Origin: Phoronis australis
Taxonomy: Eukaryota > Animalia > Phoronida
NCBI GenBank assembly: GCA_002633005.1
Contig: NMRA01000281.1
Coordinates: 265,123 to 329,122 of the forward strand
Direction of reading: 5' to 3'
Length of the DNA: 64,000 nucleotides
How positions within the stretch are numbered: the first letter of the stretch is position 1; each line of letters opens with the position of its first letter. This document shows, in pieces, positions 11,167-22,300 of this stretch. The notes beneath the pieces were generated by a model. That model was not told where the DNA came from. It was given only the letters and a program-made list of their open reading frames with translations, and ran no database searches. A program made the translations under genes and the position numbers.

Positions 11167-11337
11167 GTGATTGGTGGAAACTACGCATCAGTTGGGAACC
11201 GCGTCATTCGTCATTTTCGTCATTATATTGATCATACAAAACACTACTGGTTAAAAATGGACGATCTATCAGTGAAACCATCCTCCAGTACTGGAGAGCG
11301 ATCGTCTGCGTCATTTAAGCTAATGACGTTTCGTTAA
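11167..11337 (+). CDS. SAM-SAM-retropepsin-like protein, exon 5 (terminal)
   Basis: ttttcag|GTG..., phase 0, stop TAA at 11335-11337. VIGGNYASVGNRVIRHFRHYIDHTKHYWL resembles the retropepsin (I/L)LGxxxLxxxxxxID segment. Spliced total 867 nt = 288 aa + stop. Confidence 0.8.
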   Translation: MIGGNYASVGNRVIRHFRHYIDHTKHYWLKMDDLSVKPSSSTGERSSASFKLMTFR

Positions 11338-11849
11338 TTGACTGCCTGTATAATCTGCAAAGCTCTAAGATTTCGTGGGCAATTGCAAGCACAAGCCAAA
11401 AGTGTCCAGGTAAATGACCTGGAATTCCCGGTCACGAAGCCGAATTCGTCATCATAGTAGTTTTCCCTCATGACCGAGAATGGGGGTTAACATGAAAGTT
11501 AGAATGGTGGCTAAGTCATTTTGTAACTATAATTTTACCGCTTTTACAGTCTTTACCACTCAACCTTCTTGACGGGGAAATGGTATTTGATCTGATTACT
11601 TTTGCATTTGCCCGTGTGTCACCGGGTTACCAACTGACTACCATTCAGTCACTGAGCCAGGCTAGCTTTACAATCATTAGTGACCATCCGAAGTTAGGCA
11701 TGAGGCGGGATGGTTAATTGTAATTTAGCTTTGATAATTTTATCTCGTTCTGCATTCAGTACACGTTCATCTTTGTTTTCTTATGAAAAGCTTAAATGAG
11801 CGCTTGAACCTGTCATGAGAAAAATCGTCACAAGCGTAGTTTGTTGTGA

Positions 11850-14800
11850 TAATGTACATCACTTTAGGCCAACAAGCAATCCTTTAATTTAATCGCACCA
11901 ATGTTTATTGTAATTTATGCTTTAATGGGACATTATCGGTCCTGCCGCCGAAAAACGCACTTTTGTAATTATTGTTGAGTGGGAATGACTTTTTGCACTT
12001 ATTAACTGTGACCTGGGCTCACATACAACAAAAATCCGATTCGTTGTTGTGATTTTATTGCTAATCCTTAATTCTCACCATTGACTGCCAGACAATCGTT
12101 GAAATCAAGACTGGTGACTTCACGAATACGCCTAAAATACTCTGCCTTTTTGAATTAAACTCCGCCAGCAGAGCGTTAGTCTGTCAGCGTGAGTTGCAGG
12201 TTCAAATCTGCACTTCTCAGAAAATAACACTTCTGGCCGATGATGTCCCTTAACTGGTGTAACGTCAGATTATGATTCTAGTTATTTTTCCTTTTTAATT
12301 TATATAACACCTGCATTTAATTTCTTTTGGTATCTGTGTTTTTTTATTTTTATTTTTATCAAATAGACTATTTTATTTATGCGTGGTGACTTTTTCTCTG
12401 TCACTTTAAGATAGCAAAGGCACGCATGATCACCACTTGGCGACAACGATCAAAGATTTGTTGCTCCTCGCACCCCGACACTACCCTCAAGCACTTGATC
12501 GGTCCTTACTGCCTCGCATTACCCTACCACTATACGTAAACTCAAACCAATGCACACTTGCATTTTTTATTTTTACTACAATGCATTATTACGATGACAG
12601 GAGGATTGCAAATAACTATCTGCACATGTACAGTATATCGCAGTGCACTCCAAACGTTTAGCTTTGTACAAGGGTAGTAAGCTGTTTCTTCTGTCAAAAA
12701 CAAATATCGATTTAGTCAACTTACTGTTGTAGTTTCATCATAAATAGGTGGATCCAGGGGGATCAAGGGGTCCGGACTCCCCTTCCTTTTCCCTCGATTT
12801 TAGTGATATCAAATCTAGAATTTTTAAATTGTTGACTCGGAGCCCCCTTTTTAAAAAATCCTTGATCCGACCCCCTTTTAAAAATTCCTGAATCTGCCCC
12901 TGTCATACCAAAGACAAAATCATGAAATAATCGCAGAGGATATTTTGACCACTGCATTCGTTGTGAACTTGTGAGCACATCGTCCCTCATTACTGAACCA
13001 AAAGGTGGCGGGATTTCTCATTTTTATTGAAAAAGGTCGCGATGATAACCGGGCTGTTTGATACATCAAACTGTTGCAGTTTTGCTTTGGAGATGAAATA
13101 TGAATCTGAAAGTGAATCTAATCTGTTGACCGACCGCAATTGTAATCAGCTCGACTGGCCGGTCATTTTTTACGGAAAGCCTACCAAACTTAACTAACGG
13201 TATCGTTGATATTATAAACTCTTTTAACCGGCCATATTGGTCCTCATTTCGTGTCGACGTGGCTGGTAGATTTTTTAGTTTATACTCCCCTTGTTTACGG
13301 CCGAGCGTAGTCCCGCATGCGCGCACCCAGCCTAAATAGGGGGTCTCGAATTTTTGAGGATGTGGACCTTTTACCAAAAAAAATAAATAAAAACGGGATA
13401 CGTTCAGAGCTATGAGTTGGGAACTGTGCATTCGCCGAATTCCTGCCTTTTAGTGGACTTTTGTCTCGTTTTCAACTTTTTCGGACTTTTTGTTTCTCTA
13501 AGGCGGACCTTTTTGCCNTAATGTACATCACTTTAGGCCAACAAGCAATCCTTTAATTTCATCGCACCAATGTTTATTGTAATTTACGCTTTAATGGGAC
13601 ATTATCGGTCCTGCCGCCGAAAAACGCACTTTTGTAATTATTGTTTAGTGGGAATGACTTTTTGCACTTATTAACTGTGACCTGGGCTCACATACAACAA
13701 AAATCCGATTCGTTGTTGTGATTTTATTGCTAATCATTAATTCTCACCATTGACTGCCAGACAATCGTTGAAATCAAGACTGGTGACTTCACGAATACGC
13801 TTAAAATACTCTGCCTTTTTGAATTAAGCTCCGCCAGCAGAGCGTTAGTCTGTCAGCGTGAGTTGCATGTTCAAATCTGCACTTCTGAGAAAATAACACT
13901 TCTGGCCGATGATGTCCCTTAACTGGTGTAACGTCAGATTATGATTTTAGTTGTTTTTCCTTTTTATTTTATATAACACCTGCATTTAATTTCTTTTGAT
14001 CATCTGTGTTTTTTATTTTTATTTTTATCAAATAGACTATTTTATTTATGCGTGGTGATTTTTTCTCTGTCACTTTAAGATAGCAAAGGCACGCATGATC
14101 ATCACTTGGCGACAACGATCAAAGATTTGTTGCTCCTCGCACCCCGGCACTACCCTCAAGCACTTGATCGGTCCTTACTGCATCGCATTACCCTACCATT
14201 ATACGTAAACTCAAACCAATGCACACTTGCATTTTTTATTTTTACTACAATGCATTATTACGATGACAGGAGGATTGCAAATAACTATCTGTACATGTAC
14301 AGTATATCGCAGTGCACTCCAAACGTTTAGCTTTTTACAAGGGTAGTAAGCTGTGTCTTCTGTCAAAAACAAATATCGATTTAGTCAACTTACTGTTGTA
14401 GTTTCATCATAAATAGGTGGATCCAGGGTGATCAAGGGGTCCGGACTCCCCTTCCTTTTCCCTCAATTTTAGTGATATCAAATCTAGAATTTTTAAATTG
14501 TTGACTCGGAACCCCCTTTTTAAAAAATCCTTGATCAGACCCACTTTTAAAAATTCCTGAATCTGCCCCTGTCATACCAAAGACAAAATCATGAAATAAT
14601 CGCAGAGGATATTTTGACCACTGCATTCGTTGTGAACTTGTGAGCACATCGTCCCTCATTACTGAACCAAAGGGTGGTGGGGTTTCTCATTTTTATTGAA
14701 AAAGGGCGCGATGATAACCGGGCTGTTTGATACATCAAACTGTTGCAGTTCTGCTTTGGAGATGAAATATGAATCTGAAAGTGAATCTAATCTGTTGACC

Positions 14801-15185
14801 GACCGCAATTGTAATCAACTCGACTGGCCGGTCATTTTTTACGGAAAGCCTACCAAACTTAACTAACGGTATCGTTGATATTATAAACTCTTTTAACCGG
14901 CCATATTGGTCCTCATTTCGTGTCGACGTGGCTGGTAGATTTTTTAGTTTATACTCCCCGTGTTTACGGCCGAGCGTAGTCCCGCATGCGCGCACCCAGC
15001 CTAAATAGGGGGTCTCGAATTTTTGAGGATGTGGACCTTTTACCAAAAAAATAAATAAAAACGGGATACGTTCAGAGCTATGAGTTGGGAACTGTGCATT
15101 CTCCGAATTCTTGCCTTTTAGTGGACTTTTGTCTCGTTTTCAACTTTTTCGGACTTTTTGTTTCAATAAGGCGGACCTTTTTGCC
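11850..15185. repeat. ~1.67-kb tandem duplication (11850-13517 and 13519-15185) separated by a single N; likely two haplotypes assembled in tandem
   Basis: Near-identical copies with scattered SNPs (duplicate ORFs 12437/14106, 12763/14432). N at 13518. Confidence 0.9.
12743..12902 (-). mobile_element. Short TIR element (same family as 9108-9252), 5-bp TSD TCATA
   Basis: Ends ATAGGTGGATCC...AATCTGCCCCTG. TCATA at 12738-12742 and 12903-12907. Confidence 0.7.
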
Positions 15186-15237
15186 ACTTCGCCAAATGGG
15201 GGGCTCCTTTGAGCCCCCCCCCCCGGATACGATCATG
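14985..15237 (+). mobile_element. Short CATG-ended TIR element, imperfect 5-bp TSD (TCCCG/TTCCG)
   Basis: Ends CATGCGCGCACCCAG...CCGGATACGATCATG with a GGGGGGCTC..GAGCCCCCC internal hairpin. A truncated duplicate starts near 13316. Confidence 0.5.
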
Positions 15238-16895
15238 TTCCGGGCTTGTATGTGTCCGGATATTATGATATACGTCACCAGCTTAAATCGGGAATTCAAG
15301 GCAGTAACAAATAATCAGACGCTTCTGCACTATTCGCCAAGTTCTCCTAGAAAAAGGAATTCGTGGTTTACTGCTGATTTTGTGCGTGATTCGGTGCACT
15401 TTTGAGTGGAGCACCTTCATTAATTTGCTTTTCATTGCATAACTGTGACGCAGATACACCCGTGGTGGCCCTTTCCTCTAGCGTACACGCAGGGAACTAG
15501 CGAGCACTATGACCTGAAGGTTTCTGGGCCTCTACTATTTTTGACGGGTGCGCTCACCTGGGAAAATATAACGTTTCCACCGTTTCAGTAAGCACAATAA
15601 ACATTCACTGTTTTAGATAGTTTAAACGATTGACAGTGGCCCAGCTGTAGGGGAGCATTCTGTGAAAGTTTCAAAATTTGATGGGAGCTCCTGCCAATTT
15701 GGCCAATAGATGGCTCTGCATGAAAATATCGCACTCATTCAATTACACGCCCGAATCCATAGCGTTACGCTTATATTTCACCAAATTAGAGTGGAAAATG
15801 GTGAAGAATACTGAAAGTTTTTTCTTATATCTTTTTCAAATGATTATTCATACAAAATAGGTACTTTTTCGTTATGCTCTATAGCTTAGTTGCCATCAAA
15901 CAATGACTTTTGAGGAGGTGTAGCCTTTTCCAACACTGTTTAGTCAGAAGCCTTTGAGTAAGTTCAACGCTAGTAATTGTTTGTGAAATTCTGCCTGTTG
16001 CATCTTGGGAGTTCAGTGACTCACAGGTATTGGAAAGATGGAGTATCCCCAATGAACAATGTTCACAAGGTCACTGATGCACGAAGGTGTCGCAGAACAA
16101 GGCTATCTAAGATGCATCAAAAGTCTCCCTCACTGCTTCATGGATCCGTCCTTGTAAAGTTTTCAGTTGATGAGGATCCAAGATGATCAAAGGGAGTTGC
16201 GGCACAAGTATTTTTTATTCCTTCACAAACGTGGCTGAGCACCGATGGCTGGACCATCTGGTCTCTTCTGCTCCTGTGTCAACTCCATTCATGGTTTCGA
16301 TTTTAATTGAAATTCAAATCTATCTGAAAACAGCATTGTGTTTTTATCCTGGTTTTCTAGAGTCTAGAGTTTAGAGGCAAATTGACCAAAAAGAGATCTG
16401 AGCTAAGCATGAGGGCAAGCTATGAGCTTTTAGCATTTATTACAAATTGCTGTGAAGTAATTTGCTTTGTTTCCACTCCAAGACAAAATTCATTTAAGAA
16501 GTAATTACTAAGAAAACGTTAATGTTAAAGTGAGACGCGTACGTAAGATTGGATATTGGAATTGACTTGGCACGTCAGAAATTTAAGGAGGCGGATTTTA
16601 ATGGAACTGAGTGTTGAAACGAAATACTTAATTGCCATTGATTTAAACAGGCAAGGAAAGTAGCTGCCTAAGCGGATTTTGTTACCAGGAAAACCGATGG
16701 ACGTGATTTGATGATCGGTCCTCAACCGAATACAACCACGGAGCAGTTCTCAGTTCGAGATCACCATTCTACGCCACGACCAGCCATCAACCTCTTGTTG
16801 TACGAAGCGCTATCTGAGGGTGAAGGAACTACCCGTACAAGTATTGCAAATGTGGCCTTTAACGACATATAACGTATCCAAAACGTGTCCATATA

Positions 16896-17025
16896 CATGG
16901 GCGGTGAACCATAGGGGGCTTGGGGGAAGCCACCCACTTTTTTCAGTGCTCTGGCGCCCATGGTGTACCACAAGGGGTTGGGGGGCTATAGCCCCCCACT
17001 TTTTTTCAGTGCTGCGCCGCCCATG
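16896..17025 (-). mobile_element. Dimeric MITE-like element, TIR CATGGGCGG, 5-bp TSD ATATA
   Basis: Reverse-oriented relative of 10157-10310. ATATA at 16891-16895 and 17026-17030. Confidence 0.7.
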
Positions 17026-17119
17026 ATATAAAATAGAAAATGATTTCCATCCTGAGAAAATCATTCAAGGTATTGGTACGAATATAGAGAGAATGAAGAA
17101 GGTAAGCCGCGTATTATTG

Positions 17120-17261
17120 ACGCATGTCGCGTGCAGCTGGGGCATTTGTACTTGCTCCTGGATCGAACTGTCAACAGACGCCGTGACATGAATGATGCGC
17201 CGTGGTGCCATAGATCGCAAAAATCACATTGTATCATAAATTTGCTATCGTCAGGTGTCAC
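17120..17261 (-). pseudogene. Degenerate PHD-finger fragment, probably transposon-derived
   Basis: DDSKFMIQCDFCDLWHHGASF...KYKCPSC matches the PHD MIQCDxCxxWxHxxC...YxCPxC pattern, but one Cys is lost and the N-terminal CxC is missing. No coherent exon context. Confidence 0.55.
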
Positions 17262-17951
17262 TTTTGTCAGGGCTTGCCAACCCTTTCAAAACTGCTTCAT
17301 ATAGTTAGATATCTGTTGTCTTGTGTAACAAAGAACAACTGGGATAGCAATTTGAGAAAGTTAAACGCTCCATTTCTTATGTTCATGTTTAATTGTAGGA
17401 AGGAAATCCTTTTAATACTTAAGGCAACCAAACCCGTCAAAATCACGTCAGCAAAGTGTATCACGACGTACAGGGATGAGTGACGCATTCCAAGGAAACT
17501 GTCTAAGTCGGTCGCAACCTGGCCGAGCCGGGGAGGAGCTTGGTGGCGTGTGTAAGCAAAGTTACAGGCGTAACACCTTTAATATCATTTTAATTAAAAT
17601 TATGCGTCGTGGTAAATCGATAGCTGACTCCATGCTATTTTTTCAAGATGTGATATGTTTACAGTGCTTGCATACCCACGCTGGCACCAGCCACTAGATG
17701 TCTCTCCATGTTTCATAGTATGCATGTTAAATAAAACACGGCCAAAATTAACTGGAATTTCAACAAAAATAAAATTTCGTTCCAGCTTGTTCGCCACTAA
17801 TGGAAAGATTTTGGCATGAATCAATGTCTGTTTTTCCGTCCGTCCGTTCGTCCTTTGTTTGTCCGGCCCTAACGCAAGGCGCCTCCTTTGAGGATGATTT
17901 CTAACAGCTCATCGTTCGAGGCATGTGTAAAACTAACTTAATTTCTTATAC

Positions 17952-18102
17952 TACTTATTTACTTACTTACTTACTTACTTACTCACTCTCTCACTCACTT
18001 ACTCATTCACTCACTTAGTTACTTACTTGCTTTCTTGCTTACTTACTTTCTTACTTACTAAGTAACTCACTAGTACGCATGTTAACTTACTTGTTAACTT
18101 AC
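17952..18102. repeat. (TTAC/TCAC)n microsatellite, degenerate
   Basis: ACTT/ACTC tetranucleotide array seen directly. Confidence 0.85.
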
Positions 18103-18939
18103 CCACTACGACTGCACTGTTCATAAGAAAGTACCAATTGTATTTTACTTGATTTAATTCTGTGCTATTCCCATTTTACTTTGCAATGTAAATGTTACCG
18201 TGTATGATACACTTTCGCTTGATCTCATTCCACGTAACATCTGTACAAATTGGGAAAGTTACAAATTATTGTAATGAAGAGATCTCAAAATATTTTGATG
18301 GGCATCTTGGTTAAAACAAACAATTTACGTATTCGTGTACACGGTTTAAATTTCACCTTTGAAGTTAACATTCGATCCTGGAGTTTTAAGTGCAGTAACT
18401 TTAAACACTCCTCGTTAACTACGTACATCTGAATTTGCGTACGAAAGCACTATTGCACGCAATGATCTTGCGGGCTGCACGTGGACCTTGAAAATTCCAG
18501 GTAAATCAAAATTTTTGTGATTTTGTCACCAGCTCTGAAAGGGCCAGAAAGAGAAAATATCTACAAGCAGTTTTTGAACGCCAGAGTAGCGTATAACTCG
18601 TAAAATGCCCGTCTCCGTAGCAACATCTTTAGGACCTAACGCGATATATCCCTTTGTGTCAAATAAAAATTACAATTTTTTTAGAAAGACGTCAAATTAA
18701 ATCAAACCAACCACTTGGATGACCTATGTATTAGAACACTGGTGTTACAGCGATGACGCAATTCTGTGTCGTTGTCATGGTTTCAAAACGTAGAAGAGCA
18801 TGCCAATTCTGCTAACTAAACGCATTATTTGGTGCAAAAAATACACATGAAAAGTATATCTGATATTCGACTTAAAATAACTCTCGTGCCGAGCTCTGGT
18901 TACAGAAGAATACGGTTGCTTCATATTTAATAAAAGTAG

Positions 18940-19375
18940 TGTTATTGAAAGTATTAGTAATATAATAAATCATCATCAACAATATCTATACCAATAATAA
19001 TCATAACGAGAATGAAAATTACAATAATGCTCGTGATGTTGATAATGATAATGGCCGTGATTTTGATTCTATGGCAATAAATAGTAATAGAAATGTGAGT
19101 AATGGTAATACCTATCGTGATATTGATAACAAAGACTGCAATATTGGTCTTTGTACTAATCATCATGAAAATAATGGCGATAATAATGATGTCAATATTA
19201 GCAATAATCTTGGTAAATAATAAAATAACGATAACGGTAATTTTGATAATTGTAGTAGTGGTTTTAACGATAAACATAATAATTATATTTATAATAGTTA
19301 TGGCAACAATGAAATTAGAAATACTTAGCGTTAGAAATTGTACAATGCATAGTGATCGAAACATAAAATAATAAA
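18940..19375. repeat. Degenerate (AAT)n low-complexity tract
   Basis: Trinucleotide periodicity (aat/gat/agt). It produces the spurious Ile-rich ORFs on both strands. Confidence 0.8.
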
Positions 19376-22300
19376 CATACGGTGGAGAAAAATAAAGTAT
19401 ATCTGAACAAATCCAATTTTTGCGTTTGCCCCCTTGTCCCCTTCATTTCAGCCCCCACGAATTTTGCGTTTGCCACCCATGTTGAATACTTCAGGATGTC
19501 ACTGTTTGTGCCTCAGATCGACTTCGTCTTTTTGGACTGGGTATTAAAAATGTCCCTTTGTTCGGCTGAACGTGAAAAGGGCACGTTGGCGAAGAACACG
19601 AAAATGCTTTAAACTACACAGCTGTGAAAAAATACCGGTCACTGCAAATTCATGCTCTGTTGAAAAATCTAAACACTGAAGAATATTTACGAGTTTCCGA
19701 AAACAAGAGATCGATCATGATAACGGAAGACATCTAGCGAGTGCGCGGCAAAGTTCATGAAAATACCACTAACATTCTCGTTTCCAGATGAAGTCGTGAC
19801 GTATCCACGAGGTTGGTTAAAATATAAACAGTTTTCTTTTTATAGTTCTACCTAACTCGTGTTCCTGACGATAGATATTGAGGTACTTGAAATTTATTAG
19901 AACCGTCGTGGGCGGTATATTCCGCCTAAATCACGTTACTCGTTATTAATTGTTGCGTGAAAGTAAATAATCGTAAGTCATGCATATTGGACTAGTGTTA
20001 ATCCCAAGTCGACGCCGTCTGCAGCAATTACAGAAATATTGATTTATTTATTCACCTACTCGATTATTTATTTATGTATTTATTTATTTGTACCATTGCG
20101 TCTTGCACGTGTAGTAAGATGCCGCAATTAGACAGAAATTACGTTTTCTGTGTATTAGTAAGAAGTGTTGCAGAATGTTAATAGACCTTGTTTATTCGCT
20201 TATTAGTGAGCGAAATTTTGAAGAAAATCATTCACGGAATTACCTTGAAATGCAGTGAGAGTGAAGCAAACGAAAAAATCTAGTGAAGATTTATTCTGGT
20301 AAAGTCTATTTCCCTTTTTAAAAATTGCTGATTTTCCGTACAAAACTGTAAATAAAACGGATGTACCTCAAATGGCAATATTGAAACCAAACTGAAACTA
20401 AACTAAGTATCGTCTCCAAACCTTTTAGCACAAAACGTCATAAACAAATTTAAAGCGCATATCAATTTAGCCAAACCTCGATATGAAACAATATTCGCTC
20501 TACAAGACTTCGAGGTTTTCACAATAAGATTAGCTTTTTAAAGTAAAAATTACTTAACGTAGAGTGTTTAAGTATGTCTTTTAATTTCTCTTGGTGTACG
20601 TTTAACGCTGAATCTCGATACCTTCCGGGACATAATTTACAAAATGCTTATATTTTAAATTAATGATATCTTTCGACTGATGAAACTCATTCTGTGTTTT
20701 GAATTTCTGAAAACAAGCGAAAGAGAATCTTTAACCTCCATAGCCAGATCACGTGACAACCAGCTGTCAAAGACAGTGGATTCGCTTTTTAAGGTTAAGT
20801 AATTTCGTTTGATTTGGTTTCTAATTCACAAAAAGCCTGCTTCGCAAAAATTACTTGTGCCCAAGAACGCGTGAACGTATTAAATAAAAACGAGGAACCT
20901 ACAACTGTGAAAACAATATCTTGTTTTCGTACTTTGGTAAAACAATGAAATGTAACTGTAAGATGAGAGAAGGCTCTAAGAATATGGAACTCGAGACAAC
21001 CCAATCTGGTCGGGGCGTCTGCGAAGCACCGCTGAAGGCGAAATCATTAGTGAAACGTTATTGATAATAATTTCTGCATCGCTAATCAAGTCCATAGGCC
21101 GGTTATTTTCTTGGCCTCTTGACAGCGTGGAGAACAAGAAAGATTTCTTAATTGAATGCATCCCGGTATTAATAATTCCAAGCAATACTTCGTATGCTTA
21201 GGTATGTTGCTAACTTTTCAACATTCTCGTTGCTCTTGTTTTATTTTCAGTTCACCGGAAAAGACGGAGTAGACAAATACTGACACGTCAATGTTCACAT
21301 TAAGGAATACTAATCCAAACCTTAATAAAACCGAGTTACAAAGGAGACACACAAAAAGTTTCACTTAACATAAATAAGCAGACTACAGCGTATAAAGAAT
21401 GTAAACTATACCCGGTAGGTAGGGTTCAATGGACATCCCATTGGAAGAACAAAGAATCTAAAAATGTAGCAATTGGATACTACCTTTTTACGTAATTGCG
21501 TACTCAGCCTCATATTGCTGTGTATTGCGATGTAGAGCTAACAATGTAAATCTAAAAGGCGTTTTCAGTTATGAAAAGTAGGAAAAATACGCTGTATGTC
21601 CATTTATTTTAATTGCTATCAATAATAAAGGCATATTTTTAATCAGAATATATGCTTTGTGAAGAAGCGTCGCAGTGACGTAATTTTTTACTGTTTTGGT
21701 ACAGTCCTTACACAGCCTACAGTTGTACTGTAGTGAGTCATCGTTCCTCGTCATAATTCGAATCACGCCGTACATTGATTTGAAATTTAGTTTAAAACTG
21801 TTTGTTTGTCAATTGAACCTGAATTTCAAAAAGTGGTGTCCAAATGTGCGAAATTGTCAAACAATAATTGCATTTACGCTAGTTTTTCAGTTTTTCAAAG
21901 CACACCAACTTTGAAATTTATGCTGCCCTACCGCGCTTGTTGCGTCAAATATTGTCATTTTTGTGTCATATTCTTGTTGGTCAGCTTAGGAAAGGTTATT
22001 TGACTGAGAACTCCATTGTTGCTATTGCCGTATGTGCTGATGAATTTTAGTAAAATGGGCATTTAGTTCCTATGGAAGTGATGAACAAGAACTGCTACAA
22101 AACTACAGTTCGCTGTGCTCATCGTTTTAAATCCCTACTGAACATCTGTATTCAAGATGTGACACCTCCGTGATAAGGGTTAAAAAGTTTTGTTTATATA
22201 TTCTTTATGGATTGCTGAAACTGACAAGACAGCAAGACATGATTTGTGACTTCCTCTGAATCGGCATGCCACGCCTCCATGTCGGGCATCTGACAACAGC

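Noticed and set aside
10404-11337. Interpreting the DSG protease as an LTR-retrotransposon pol fragment
   Set aside because: It is split by canonical introns, in frame with SAM exons, and has no RT, RNase H, integrase or LTR nearby.
12437-15046. Duplicated ORF pairs (74, 75 and 103-121 aa) suggesting a tandem gene family
   Set aside because: Non-AUG or repeat-derived ORFs inside a probable haplotype duplication, with no protein motifs.
18954-19371. Hydrophobic Ile-rich ORFs resembling membrane proteins
   Set aside because: Artefact of the degenerate (AAT)n tract.
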